A DNA stretch of 64,000 bases, taken from the NCBI GenBank assembly GCA_021613535.1, contig CP075497.1, positions 248,001 to 312,000 of the forward strand. The letters run 5' to 3'. Numbering within the stretch: the first letter of the stretch is position 1; every line of letters starts with the position of its first letter. Shown piece after piece: positions 12,416-26,579 of this stretch. The translations under genes were made by a program, and so were the position numbers. Source of the DNA: Adineta vaga (taxonomy: Eukaryota; Animalia; Rotifera). The notes beneath the pieces were generated by a model, which searched no databases, was not told the DNA's origin, and saw nothing but the letters and a program-made list of their open reading frames with translations.

Positions 12416-14609
12416 CACTTGCAGTACCGGCCTCTTTTGACCGTTATTTTGATGACATGTGTTCTTTTTTAATAATCTTTTTACTTTTCAGTCAATATTT
12501 TGATAAGATCTAATGTTTTCTTGTCTCATCTTATAGAAAAAAATTAAGAACGATGTTCTTTATTTAGAACAATTAATACAAAAGACACGTTTTAGAGAAT
12601 GATCACTACAAACGAACGAAGAACAGTAAAACATTGAATTGATGTTTTTTTTTGTCCGTAGAACGTTCACATGTAGAGCACCTTTTTCGTTTTGTTGAGT
12701 AGAATTTTCATTCACTTCTGGCGAATCCTTCTTCAGCACAGGATAACCAACGATATGGCTAGAGCATTCAGAATGTCTGCGTTCAAAAATTTTGAATTCT
12801 TGGAACGAAAATCCAACAGATGCGACACCAGAGCTAATCCTAATTCTTCCAAAAATAATCGACGTCTATGCTTTATATTGTGATTCCAGTGAGGATTTTT
12901 TACGGTCCAGACGGCCAAAGCGTTTATGGCAGCAATGTCTATCATCCCGTAAAAAATACAAAGTGGCCATCGCTTTGTACCTCGCTGTGTCTGAAAGATA
13001 ACATAAAATAAAAGATACAAATATCAAAATATCTGTTACCGTGTATTTATGACACATTTGATCAACAGTATCGGCAGCCCCTTTTATTTTGTTGTAATCC
13101 GATATAATGATTGGTTTTCCAGTCTTATTGTCCACTTGATTGTCGTGATGTTTCGAGGAGAGCAATAAGACAGTTTTATTCAGCTTGGGGACAAATGAAA
13201 CTAAAGTTAAGCCATCATGGAAACCAAAAAGCGGAGAACCCACTTCGCGATTTTTGTTAGATTGAAACTGGATAGGTATTTCGGATTTGTTTTTTCGTAG
13301 TGTTCCTATAAGAGTCAGATTCTTTGATCGGAGTTCTTGGGCTAACGGAACACTTGTGAAAAAGTTATCCATTGTAACGTTTCTTTCGAAGCCGTAAAGT
13401 GGTTTGAGTAATTCTAAAACGACTTTCACACCTATCTGTGCTTGTCTTGGCTCATTTGGTTGTCGCCCAAGGTAAGGAAATGCATTGCATACATAATGTG
13501 AGTCAACATCAACGCATAGCCAAAATTTCAACCCGTATCTATCAGGTTTTTTTGACATGAATTGACGGAAGGAACATCTCCCTCTAAATCCTAGTAATTG
13601 TTCAACAATGGTAACATTAGATCCAGGTGTGTAACATGTTTGTAAGCAATGTTGGAAATATGACCAGATTTCACGAATTGCTGCAAATTTATCTGTTCGT
13701 TTTCTTTCTTCCCTTGTTCTTTTGTCGTCAAATCTCAAACAACAAAATAATATCTTGAAAACGAGTTCTTGACATAGTGGCTTTGAATATTGGAGGTTCT
13801 AATGGACTTCTTCTCCATAAGCATTTCAGATCGGTCTTCCATTTCCCCAAGATACCAGTAAGTAATAAAAGCCCAATAAATGCCATCAATTCTACGATTG
13901 ATATTTCTTCAATTTCTTTCTTAGAGGCATTCTTGTGGATATTCTGCACGTTTGAATATCCTAAAATTTTCTCCAGAATTTTGTTTGGCATAAAACTCAT
14001 AAATACATCTTCGACAGATGAAATATCCTCAGTGGTATTTGTAAGACCAGCTTTTTGGATAACGTCATTCGAAGAATTATTTTTCGTTGAATGCTGAGGA
14101 GTTGATGCCCATATCATTCCAGAAGTGGAAGTATAGGAGCCTTTCCATGCGGGATCATCATCTAATTTGAGATTTTCTAAATCTATTTCATCATCATAGT
14201 CAGATGTTTCACTTTCTCCATCCGCTGTTTCCGAGCCGCTGTTTGTATCATCGAAACAATCATTGTCACTATCGATCTCACTTGAACTGTCCCTAATCTT
14301 TATGAAAAATATTTCAATAGATTGAAAATATACAATCTTTTAGATCAAACGATGACTCATTGTATTAGACATTATACGTTTCGTTGTTTCTCCGTTCTGT
14401 AAAAAAACATATTACTAATATAATGTTTTATTAAGAGGTCGTATAGCAATATAGACAAAGAATGTATTGCGTTCTAGATTCCTCAACATATATCTCTTCA
14501 TAGAGGTTCCTAGTTGCTACTGAAAACTGGGAAACAACAAAACATATTTAGCATTTTTCGGACATTTTGACTATGGGATCAAAAATGACCCCGGTCGGTA
14601 CTCCAAGTG
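12416..14609 (-). mobile_element. piggyBac DNA transposon, full length, inactive
   Basis: TIRs CACTTGCAGTACCGGCC and CACTTGGAGTACCGACC (15/17 match). Flanked by TTAA on the left and TTAT on the right. Transposase on the minus strand. Confidence 0.9.
12600..14380 (-). pseudogene. piggyBac transposase pseudogene
   Basis: MSRTRF, MRFDD, KPDRYGLK, DNFFTS, YNKIKGAADTVDQ, RWPL, Cys-rich tail remnant. Frameshift near 13738. The first catalytic Asp reads Val (TIVEQL). Confidence 0.9.
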
Positions 14610-15541
14610 TTATTATGCAAATCAAGATATAAAAATTCCTTTTCAATTTTTATCAATCCATCGTATATCAACAAAACTTAAAATTCCGCATGAAAAATCT
14701 GAAATCATTGTAAATTTAAATCAAATGAAATTCAATTGAATTTTCAAACAAATCTTATTCCAACAATAATTTTTATACATATGATTATAGGATATAATGA
14801 TAAACCACAAGAATGAATAAGAATTATTAAAAATATTTCACATAATCAAAATTTTATGAAAATTATATTAGTATTATAAGAGAAAATTTGATTTCATCTA
14901 AAATTTTAACAATAAACATTAAAAATAATAATAAGCATAATCAATATTTAAATGTAAGTCAATTGTCGCTCTTCAATGTTATTGGAAATCAATGAAAATC
15001 AATTATTTCGAGAAAAAAAACTCATCAGAACTGATTTTCTTTTTTTCTCATTTAAGATAAAAATAATTACTATCAAATCGGTTTCACATTGTCTTTCTTT
15101 CATAAGAGTTTTTGTGAAAAAATTCTATCTGAAAATTTTACACAAAAACGTTGATTTCCATCAGATTTTGTTATGAAAATATCTGAACGAAAATAGTTAT
15201 TCAAGTTTTATCATTTTTATTTGTCGAATTTTTTATTTTATTAATAAATACGATAGTTCTAATGAACAATTAACAGGACATTTTTTTTAAAGAATTTTAT
15301 TGTAAATTTCAGAGAACTTAAAGAGATAATTTTGTCTATATTCATAGTTTTATATTAAAAGATAATTGACAACAAATACGAAGAAATATATTTCAAGAAT
15401 ATAGGATGACAAATTCAATCCTTTTTATTGTCTTCAAAAAGAAATATGATCTAACATGTACAGATAATTGAAATTGAAAAAGAAACAACAAAATTTAACT
15501 AATTATCATTTGAGTTTTTATAAGTAATTCGAAGATCATTT

Positions 15542-15967
15542 TTATATATGAACTAATTTGGTTTGTTCACCTTTATTTGTGCTAATGATAAATGTTCCAT
15601 TATCCATTTCAACTTGTTGCATATTTTCGATGAATTTTATAAAGTTATTTTCTTTCTTCTTTAATTCTTCATCCACATATTCCATTTGTGATGATGTACA
15701 TTCGGAATTTATCAATGGATCAGTGGAATTATCAAATTTAACAGAACATTTAATACTATTTACGATGATTGTATAAATATTAAAATTCTCGAGTGACTCG
15801 TCAGAATAAATTTGAATGTCAATACCATTTAACTCAGGATATTGTGGAGAGTCAACAATTGTCCAATTTCCATATAAATTCGTAAATGGTAATGATGAGA
15901 TGATATTTATTTTAATAAAACATAATAATAATAATAACGAAATAGCAATTGTTTTATTCGAATTCAT
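15542..15967 (-). CDS. Secreted META/HslJ-like domain protein, intronless
   Basis: Signal peptide, then LYGNW..., IVNSIKCSV and TSSQM..ELKKKENNFIKFIENMQQVEMDNGTFII, which follow the META-domain pattern. Confidence 0.55.
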   Translation of the reverse strand: MNSNKTIAISLLLLLCFIKINIISSLPFTNLYGNWTIVDSPQYPELNGIDIQIYSDESLENFNIYTIIVNSIKCSVKFDNSTDPLINSECTSSQMEYVDEELKKKENNFIKFIENMQQVEMDNGTFIISTNKGEQTKLVHI

Positions 15968-17499
15968 AATACGATTATTGTAATGATATGTATGGAGAGA
16001 TAATTATGAATGAAGAACACCAAACAGGACTCTTTTTATTATAGAAAAAGAACAAAGATTCATTGTTGAAAATCGATCAATCATAATATAGAATAATATT
16101 TAGATGGCGCTAGAAAACAAAGAAATAAAATAATATGAGAATATATTATCGATTCAAAGTTATTTTATAGATAATTAAAATGTACAAATATAAATCTTCA
16201 TCATTGAAAAAAGGAACGTTTATTTGTACAAAATATAATGTCATTAATAGTTGTTAAATGATATTCAAACCAAAGAAAACTTTTCATCGAAATCAAGTAT
16301 TAAAATCAATCATATCATTTGAAAATGCTTCTACATGAAAACCTAAATTTCTTTACATAACATAAATCATATTTTTTATCTTAAAGATTTTCACAATGCA
16401 TGTCAATAGATCGTGAACTTCATCTATCAAATTCAATAAGAATTTTACTTTCAATTTGACTCAATACAGAAACAATCAGCACACTGATATCTCTACCTTT
16501 GTCAATATAAGGTTAAAAAAAAATAGATATCATCAATAACAAGCACTATATTCGAGTATTTCTTATTCGAGTTCGCTCTATAATTTGTGCTGAACCTATA
16601 AATGGTTATGTTTAGATTCAGAATTCAATTCTCTATTGAATGGTATTCCTATCGAAGGAGATCCTTAAAAGAAAACAATAGATATTCTCATGTCTTCTCT
16701 GTCGAAGAATAAAATCTTTCAATATAGAGAATTAAATTCAACATATGGTTTTGATTTCGATCATCATATGTTATATAATTGTCAAGGATATAATCAATGT
16801 TAAAATAATCAAAATATGTATATGTAATAAATATTATTATGGTAATCGATGTCCAATTTAATACAAAAGGTATCATAGTTTATCACTTGATGTTATATTT
16901 GGTTATTATATAAAACCATATTTATCATTTTTGAAACAATCAAAATAAATTTATTTAATGATATTTATAACAATATTTATGTTAATATTTGATTATATAA
17001 GTGGATTATTAATCCATAATAAAATTTGAACAAAATCTTTCCAATGATATAGATTGTAAAACATATCTTTTATTATCATCATATTTTTCATTGATAACAA
17101 TAAAATATTTCCAATTAATATTTTTTTCAAATGAATTTAGTAAATAATCGTTCATTTATTAATATAAATTGTTTATTAACTGATTTATGATTAAAAGTTT
17201 TACTTGAATTAATTGATTATGGTTAAATGCATGTGTTGCTATCCAATCGTTACACAATAAAACAACGACATATTTAAAAATAGAACATTGCTCTTTATCT
17301 ATATCTCATTTTTATAATATATGATATGATTCAAAGACCTAATATGGCACTGTAATTAAAGACGTTTTCTATCAAGTTCACATTATATTATTTTATTTCA
17401 TAAATAATATTTCACAAATAAGTATTGGATATGATTCTATAGAAAAAAAGATATTTAAACCATTTCATCACTATAAGATGATGCTTGATCACGTTGTTG

Positions 17500-18063
17500 A
17501 ATAAATCGTCAAGGACAATTTCCCTTTCTAGAATTAAAAGCATGAATATTATTTAATAAAATTGTTGTATTACACTTACGACGGCGACATACGTTTCTTC
17601 TTCCATACTCCAATGGACTTTTTATTTTAAACCATGATTTCTGAAAAGTAAGTTACATTAATGATTTACGTTTTAAACAATAAATTCTTACTTTTACTCT
17701 GCAATTATTCTTATAAAATTTTATTACAAAAATTACGAAAGAATATATTGCTGCTATAGCACATAAAATTGCACTAGCAATTGTTATTGTATTAGTAACA
17801 TAATTTTCAATTTTTTCTTTAACTAATTCAGCTTGATGCACAATTGTATCGGTTTTATTTATGATTTTAGTTGAATAGATGATTGGTGTTGAGGTAGTTG
17901 AATATTTAATAAGATTTTTTTTAAAGTCAAGTAGTTTGAACAAATTATAATTCTAAAAAACAGAAATTAATAAGTAAAATCAATCAAGGGGAGCACTACT
18001 CACTTGAGCACTTATACTTATACATGTATTTACAAGAAAGAATAAAATAAGCACACTTGGCAT
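17500..18063 (-). CDS. Small single-pass membrane protein of unknown function; 3' end uncertain
   Basis: Exon 1 MPSVLILFFLVNTCISISAQ|gtgagt. Exon 2 carries a TM segment (IASAILCAIAAIYSFVIFVI) followed by a basic tail. Confidence 0.45.
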
Positions 18064-18212
18064 GATAGTTATGTCTGACATTAAAATAAGATACAGAATA
18101 TATATATATATATTCTTATGTTCTTTTATGTTGAAACTAATTGAATTACAATTCTTGTTTTCTTAGTCATAGAATTATAGAAAAAAAATCATCAAAGAAG
18201 CTAACTGATAAA

Positions 18213-21200
18213 CAGGGCTGCCATCTGTATCCTATTTGAAATATTTTCCTTTGCAAAAAATTAAAATCATATGATTTGTTCAAATCTATATATTTATTGG
18301 TTGTAGTCAACATATTCATTTATATGAAGGTACGAAGAGTCAATTTTATTGGCTTATTCAAGTCCAATATACGATATCATTATTCATAGCAATTAATTTT
18401 CTATTCTTTGATCATTTTTATCACATGATTGAAACTGAATGTTGTTTCTAATCAACTATAGTTTACTATTTAAAAAAATACCTATCGATTTATTTAAAAG
18501 TACTGAGGAATTATTGTAGATTTTGATTAGGTACTAAATGAACAACGACAATCCTGTTGCACTATATGATATTGAAGTTATTGAAGAAGAGGATCATTCT
18601 ACAGCACTCGAATTTGAAAAAACGACAACATTGGAAGAAACATCTAATTCTACTTCTAAATTATCTTTCAATGTTGAAAAAAAATCATCAAATTCTTTAT
18701 CAAACTCAAAAAGATATTGCAAGTTCAATAAAGAATGGATTAAAATCTCGAAATATGCATCATTTCTACAAGAATGTCGAACAGATTTATCATTTGCACA
18801 TTGTTCTCTTTGTAAATCAAATTTTTCAATTGCCAATGGTGGGAAATACTTGATCGATCGTCATCTCAAACAAGCTAATCATAAACGTCTAGCAGCAGCA
18901 GAAGCTACACATAAATGTATTTCAGTTCACCAGATGATCCAAAAGAAAATTCATCAGGTTGATTTATTGTCTTTTTTTAGCACATTCAATGTTCGATTTT
19001 ATTCCGCATTCGAGTGAACTAACAAAATCAGTTGCTGCTGAAATTACATTAGTTTATCATGGAATACGTCATGGACATAGCTATTCGAGTCAAGCATGCA
19101 CCGCCGATGTTTCAAAGAAACTGTTTCATGATTCAGCTAATATAAAGCATCTTACATGGGGACGAACTAAAGCTCGTGAAATTGCTGTTAATGTTTTAGG
19201 TAGGTAAAAGTTCTCTTTTAAAACAAAAGTTTAATAACGAATGAGAGAAGTGAAAGAGAGAGAGATCAATAGAAAAGTATTTCTCATCAATATTTCTTAT
19301 TTTCTACACTTTTTTTTTCTAGCTCCATATATGACGGATCAAATTACTAAAATGATTCATAAAGCTGGTTTTTACTCGCTATCATTTGATGCATCCAATA
19401 AAGGTCATACGAAAATATTTCCATATGTTGTTAATTATTTTACTATTGAACGTGGTATTGAACGCCGCAATTATTGAAGTAATTGAACTAGTTAATGAAT
19501 CAGCTGATTATATTGTTGCATCACTTCGAGAAGTGTTGCAAAATAATAATATTCATATGGAAAATTTGACATCAATTGGTGCTGATAATACGAATGTTAA
19601 TTATGGAAGAATTTATTCAGTTTTTTCTTTGTTGGAATCTGATTTTCCACATCTACAGAAAGGTGTTTTGCTATGAGAGAAAAATAAATATATTTCTAAC
19701 GATAATGTGTCTACTTCTAGGAAATTGCTTTTCACACGTTTTAAATAATTCAGTAAAAACTTCACATTCACATTTTGTCATTGATGTTGAATCAATTTTA
19801 TCAAAACTCTATAATCACTTCTCTTCGTCAACAAAACAAGTAGAAATTCTAAAAGAATATTTTGCTTTTGTCTAGCAGGATCATTTGGTAAAGTATATAA
19901 GATATATTAGCAGTAATTAATATTTTTCTCATTTAGTTATTATTGTAATACATCAATATTCGTTGGCTCAGCCTATATCCATCTATTGAACGATTACTCA
20001 AAGTTTTTGATCCATTATCTGCGTACTTTCTGAATTTGGGAGATGAGGATAATTTTTCATATCCACCAATGATTTCAATATTTTTCACTTCTACAGAAGC
20101 AAAATGCACAATGTATTTTTTACACAATGTTTTGTTTGATGTACAGAAAAAGAGTTTAGAGTTGCAACGACATTATATTTCTATTGTTGATTTGAAAAGA
20201 ATCATTACTAGTCTTCTTAACAAACTGAATGACCGATTGAAACAAAATTATTTTGGTTATCAAACGAGAATTCTGTTGAATTCATTGTCTGATTCGGATC
20301 GAAAAATATTGAATCAATCATTTGTAGATTATATTTCTAGTGTTATTAAATATATTGAGAAATATTATAGTGAACAATCTGATTTGGCTGAATTAACTGC
20401 TGTTTTTGGTATATATTTTATTATAATAATTATATAAGAGAACAGATTTAATTTTCTAGGAATATGTGATATCGATCAAATAAAATTTCATCAAATTCAA
20501 GACTGTGTTGCATTTCTTATGTTGGATGTTGATCATGATAAATTATTCGATGAATTGAATATTTTAGAATCTTTATTCAAAGAAATCAATTCATATCGTG
20601 AACCATTAAGTCATCAAATTCGAAAAAATATTGGTAATGATGTTTATCATGCTGCTGATGATATAACTAGTGATAAATATGACGAATGTGAATCAGATGA
20701 AGAAGATCTTTTTCATAAACCAACAGTTGATATTCATGAAAAAGACAATGAAATTCGTGCTGATCAATTATGGGCATTTCTTCTTGCAAAATCAACTACT
20801 TTATGCAGCGAAATGATAAAAGTTCTTACTTATGTTCATTCAATTCCTAGTTCTAATGCGTTTGTCGAAGGTGTTTTTAGTCATATGAAACACGCATGGA
20901 CACCAAATCGAAATTCAATGTCAACTGAAATAATTGCTGCTGAATTAAAGATTCGACTGAATAGCAAGATGAAATGTGAAGATTTTTCTTCTTTTGTACA
21001 AACTCAACCACAATTGATTAAATCTGCTAAAACCAAGCAGAAATACAGCTATGTAAAAAAACGTGTATTAGGTAATGCAAACAGAGAAGATTTAGTTTGA
21101 GTGTAGATTTTTTATTTGTTTTTGAACATATATATCGAAAAAAAATGTATTTGTGAACCACTTGCTACAAAATAAAACAGAATTTGAACTTTCCTACTAT

Positions 21201-21361
21201 CTTCGAAGCACAGAGAAAGATCTGAAATAATATTTTTAACGTTAAAAATACCTTTTAAAACTAATTTCTCATTGGCACCGTATGTTACTCGAAAAAAATG
21301 TGTACCTCATCAATGTACCTCATATGTACCCCATTCTACACCTCAGCAGATGGCAGCCCTG
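18213..21361 (+). mobile_element. hAT DNA transposon, full length, inactive
   Basis: Perfect 15-bp TIRs CAGGGCTGCCATCTG (18213-18227, 21347-21361). Subterminal TGTACCTCA repeats at 21301-21330. No matching 8-bp TSD. Confidence 0.92.
18538..21100 (+). pseudogene. hAT transposase pseudogene (BED-like Zn finger, DDE, dimerisation domain)
   Basis: HCSLC..HLKQANH, FDASNKG, GADN, CFSHVLNN, RWLS, SNAFVEGVFS across 5 introns. Frameshift near 19470 and in-frame TAG at 19873. Confidence 0.9.
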
Positions 21362-21899
21362 CTTCTCTATCTCATCCACACCCTTATGTGAATATGCTCT
21401 TTGACCATACTCGCTGTCTTTCCGATTTTATTGATTCAATACAATATAAACATCTGTGAATTAAAATCATATGATCGTGCTAACTAGATTCTTACACTAC
21501 TGAGACATTTGTTGTTTAATATGGGAAAAATTTGTTAACAGAAATAATCCTAAAAAGTAAATCAATTAAATAACGTTTGTTGAACACGAATTAAACATCT
21601 GGCATAGTCTTGTTCCAGGAGGAATGTTTTCATTGAATGGCCACATGGGATATAAGGAAACTACAAATCTAACTATATAAGTTTATACTAAAAATAAAGA
21701 TGATGTAATTTTCAATTAATAACACTTTAACTAATAATCAATCTCTTTAACTATCGTATTTAACGATTATCAACTATTAGTTTATTGAAAAAAGCACATA
21801 TTAAGCTAAAAGAATTTATATTTTATTCAATGTCTCTCTTTTTTCCTCTTCAAATATTGCAATAATTATCAAACTTCCGTCTGAAACATATCTTAACAA

Positions 21900-22810
21900 G
21901 TGGTGTCTGACTAAATTCATTCCTCTAATTTGCTAATGGTAAGATGAACAAAACAAAAGCCAAGACTTGCGGAGTATATGACATTGCCATTCATTTAATT
22001 CTGTACATGCTAGTTTAACTGTTAAAATAGCTTCAGGTAAAGCAGAAAGAATAATATGATTATAGGTGTAATATAATGCTCTTTGTGAAATTTGCATTTG
22101 TTTAATCAATATATGACCAAATTGTATTTTCTCTTCTATTGTTTTCATTCGATCATATGTAATAAGAATAATTAAAAGAGTAATAGTAATTATTTGAATT
22201 GAAAAAAGGAAGAAAATAATGAAGAGAATAATGATTGTTGTTATTATAATTATTCCAATAGATAAACAAGGCTTTTTCTAAATATATAATCTTGGAAAGA
22301 GAATTACTAATACACGATCAATAGTGATCCAACTTGTTAATCGATATGTTATCCGAGTAAATATCGAAAGAAAATAGAACATTATTTTACATGTTCGTAC
22401 ACTTGATAATTCTAAAGTCATTTGTACAAATCGAAGTAATAAATTAAGTAAAGCAATTTGATTAACACAAGGAACAGTAAAAAGATAATCTCCGACTCCA
22501 AATTGTCGATTTATCTTTTGCTTCAATGTAACAAAACAAGCAACATTATTAAAATAAGACAAACTACACTAACATATAGAATTTTTACTTGTTTAGTAAA
22601 ATCAATAAAAAGTGAACATAATATAATACCAAATGGTTGTATATTAAATTCAGCACAATACCCTTGATAACAGAATGGACAAAGACATATAAAATTATTG
22701 GAATCTTTTAAATCTCCTTAAATACATTTTTCATTAAAAAGACAATTATTTCAATTATCAAAATGTTTCTCATAATTGATACTAGATGCACGATAATGAT
22801 TTGTTTCACA
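21900..22810 (-). pseudogene. EGF-like plus 7TM (rhodopsin-like) receptor remnant
   Basis: CLCPFCYQG, NNVACFVT, SWITIDRVLVILFP and hydrophobic segments broken by frameshifts. Confidence 0.55.
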
Positions 22811-22812
22811 AA

Positions 22813-23000
22813 TCTATATATATCAAGAAGAAAGTTTGTCTGTTCGTTATGCATTCAGTCCCTGTAATAGCTGTCGTCACCAAACTTTTCACGATGCTTG
22901 CCTAGACCTATAGGGGAAGGTCGACGTCTACTTTGTTCCAAAAAAAAGATTGCTACGGTTGCTACAGGTAATCGATGAAACTGACCAATAGGATGACAGT
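22813..23000 (+). mobile_element. Possible Helitron-like 5' fragment
   Basis: A|TCTATATATATCAAGAAGAAAGTTTGTCTGTTCG start followed by a GC-richer block. It sits where the 7TM remnant breaks off. No 3' hairpin/CTRR end found. Confidence 0.3.
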
Positions 23001-23441
23001 ATTTCTAAAAAATTAAAATAAGTGAAAATAATATTATGTTCAAACAACTACAACAATAATATGTTTCTTGAATTGTTTTCAATTACATGTTGATCAAGAT
23101 ATTTATTTATGATACAACATGAAAATTAAGAAATATATCATGAAACTATATTTGATTGACGTGGCAGGAATCTTGTGTCATTCACATTTTATATATAAAA
23201 ACACATACAAAAATCTTGATATTTGCATTTTTTCTCTTTATCTTTTCTCGTCAATTAATCTTCTTGACTGTCTAACGGGTAAGAATATTATATTTATAAT
23301 TTCAATTTTAACTTCTTCAAAGCATAATCTATTCGAAAATTTGACATTTTATGCTCGGTATTTCTCTTTTATCAGAAGAGATTGCGATGAATTATTGGAT
23401 AATAATTCTTTTAATATAGGAAATCTCACAATCTTTTAGAT

Positions 23442-24468
23442 ATGTCGATATTATTCAAAATGCCAAGTAGATTGTGGATTTTAATACTCATCATTTTACA
23501 TGATGTAACAGGTATGAGCTTTCTTAATATGATAAAAAATATCAAATCACATAATTGCAATCATCTGTAGCTCTTTGGTACAGTCGACCAATGTTTGATT
23601 CATGTGCATCATGGAATCCAAATGGTGTTCCTTTCGCAAATAAAAATACACTTGGTGAATGCGCTCATGGACTTTTTATTGACAAAAACAATACTATCTA
23701 TGCAGGTAGTTGGGGTGGGAGTGTTATTAACATATAGTTCAGGAGTGATTCGTCTTTACTGAAAACTATTCAAGTTGGTATCCCTAACCCCTACGGTCTG
23801 TTTTTATCGAAGACTAGTAATATTTACATTGTTTATGGTAATGGCTATGGTCGAGTTGACAAGTGGACATGGATGCAACTAGTGGAATAACTGTCATGAA
23901 TACAAGTACACCATGTTATGGTCTTTTTATTGACACTAACAATTCACTTTATTGTAGTTTCTTTGATTTACATAAGGTAACTAGAATTGATCTGAACGAA
24001 AACTCTACAACACCAATTACAATCGCTGGTAATGACACTGATAGATCAACATCATCACTGCTTAATCATCCGTGTGGAATCTTTGTTGACATAGATTTCA
24101 CTTTATATGTAGCAGATTCGAGTAATCATCGCATTCAACGTTTAAATTATGGTGAGTTGAATGGAACAACTGTAGCAGGAGTGACAACAGCAAATACAAC
24201 AATATCACTCAATATTCCGACTGGAATAGTTCTTGATGGTAATGGATATTTATTTATTATGGATACTGATAATTTTCGTATTGTTGCCTCGAACTTTGCT
24301 GGATTTTGATGTATATAATTGGATGTTCAGGTCGTAGTGGTCCATTACCCAATCAGTTATATCATGCTCGCCATATGGCATTTGATCCGTATCGTAATAT
24401 ATATGTAAGCGATGATGACAATCATAGAATTCAAAAGTTTGATCTTTGCATTGAACTCATGTGTTGAG
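23442..24468 (+). pseudogene. NHL-repeat protein pseudogene
   Basis: Signal-peptide exon, CASWNPNG, YVADSSNHRIQR. Stops at 23735 and 24307, frameshift near 23862. Confidence 0.85.
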
Positions 24469-25539
24469 TATATATTCACATTATGTGGAAATTGTATTTT
24501 ACGTGCCAGCATGTCAAATATGAAGAAAAATGACAGCTGTACTTTTTAGCTAGAGATTACTCGAATAAGCAATACTTGTTCAAAGTAATATTCTAGGAAA
24601 CGAAAAGCTTGATTAATGATGTGTGTACATATGATCATATAAGTTGTTCTATCTGTTCTATAGGGTGAAAAGACAAATGATTAAAATTACTAACGTCGTA
24701 AATCTTCCTATTTCAAGTAATTCAAAGACCTTTTTAATTACAATATAAATTTATTATAAACTTTTATTGAAACATATATGTTCTTTTTCGATAACACTGG
24801 CAACAACAGTTATTACCAAAATATCCGCTCAAATGACTACCGATGGTACACGTAGTACAATGGACAACAATATAATCAAGTTCATATGTTATCAACTGTT
24901 TCTTCTTCCTTTTCTATTATTTGTCTTTTAATCGCTATCAAAAGTTTCTAATCATTCTTTTAACTTGCTTTGGTCAATCAAGCGATTCAGACGATAATTT
25001 ATTTATGAATTTGTTTATTATCTTGAGAGTATGTGCAACTGGAGAAAACACAGCCTCGCACCCTCAAGATAGAAAGAAAGCATATTCATTTTTCAACACA
25101 TTTTTATTTCTTAACAATATTGTCGCAGAATAAAGAGGCGTCACTCACTATCCATTTTTGGTGTTCTTTCGGAGATTTTGACATAGTGAAATTCCTTGTT
25201 GTTCCTCTTACAGATGTCATACTTGTCTTGTCTTGCCTCTATAGGAATATTCCTACGGGCATATTCCATTTTCTTAAGATATTTCCTTTCCTTATATATT
25301 CATATATATATATAGAGAGAGATGGTTTTTCCATCAGTAGTTGTTCTTCATATTTATTTCATAATAAATATATTTTACTACCGAACACAAGACGTGACAG
25401 AGATAAAAATCGATATGAATCATTATTTATCACTAAAATTTTGAAATATTCTTTTTTCTTATCTATAAAATGCCTTTTAATTCTTATTCAAAACTATACA
25501 AAACAGAAGAAAACGAATCTTTTTTCTACGTAAAAAAAC

Positions 25540-25998
25540 ATGACAAATCCACCTATTTATTTCTATCGTCCGTATGAACCATTTGGTGAATTTAGTAATT
25601 TTTATTCTGCTCCTATCGAACTGGACGGAACTATTTGGCCAACAACTGAACATTATTATCAAGCACAAAAATTCATTTGGGACAAAACACATTATGAAAA
25701 TATTCGACAATTAGAAACACCTCATGAAGCATTTTTATATGTTCGAGAACATGATTTTTCCCAACACACAAATTGGGAACAAGTTAAAGATGAAGTGATG
25801 TTCAAAGCATGTCTGGCGAAATTTCAACAACATTCCAACTTAAAAGAATTCTTATTATCAACTGGTGATCGAATATTAATTGAACATACAGAAAAAGATT
25901 CATATTGGGGTGATGGACCTGATGGCAAGGGAAGAAATCAATTAGGAATTACTTTAATGAAAATTCGAGAATATTTCAAAAAATCACTTGAAATGTAA
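25540..25998 (+). CDS. NADAR/YbiA-family N-glycosidase, intronless
   Basis: FSNFY, TEHYYQAQKF, W..VK..VM, KFQQH..L..LLSTG, E..D.YWG.G..G.N.LG..LM..R. Confidence 0.93.
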   Translation: MTNPPIYFYRPYEPFGEFSNFYSAPIELDGTIWPTTEHYYQAQKFIWDKTHYENIRQLETPHEAFLYVREHDFSQHTNWEQVKDEVMFKACLAKFQQHSNLKEFLLSTGDRILIEHTEKDSYWGDGPDGKGRNQLGITLMKIREYFKKSLEM

Positions 25999-26579
25999 AA
26001 ATGAATCAAAAAGAATAAAAATACTGACAATCTTTTTTTGCTAATAGATTGTTATTCAATTGACTTATTATAATAAAAAAATCTTTATAAAACAAAAGAT
26101 ATGCGAAGAAATACAAATACTCATCATAATTCTTTTATTTACACCGATATCTGTTCTCAACTATACACCTTCGTTCTCATTTTCAAATTGAATAGCATGA
26201 CATTTGAAAGTGAACGTTTTACCTATCAGTATTATTAGTACGATTTCTTGCCTTACGTTTTGCTCTTCAACAAGCGATTTACAGATTTCATCTGAAACAC
26301 GATTATGACGACAATATTTCAAACAAGATGTTTTTTGTTTATGGTAGTCATTTGAAATGTGATAAAGCGAAAAAAGAGTTCTGTAGGTATATAGTTGGAA
26401 AATTTTTTGAACAAAATAACAAAAGGGTTGTATTTAAATGATCAGTATTTTTTGCGAATAATCAGTTTGATTTGTTGATCAGTAGAAGATTTATTTTTGA
26501 TCAGTAGAACTTGAGTTTTGATCAGTATATTATTTTGTATTGAAAAACTGTTATATATACTTCTTATCTTAGCAATTTA

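Noticed and set aside
16300-17300. Possible decayed gene on the minus strand
   Set aside because: Coding-like patches only; no recognisable family.
25033-25533. 166-aa ORF upstream of NADAR
   Set aside because: Non-ATG start and F/I/L-rich composition typical of chance ORFs in AT-rich DNA.
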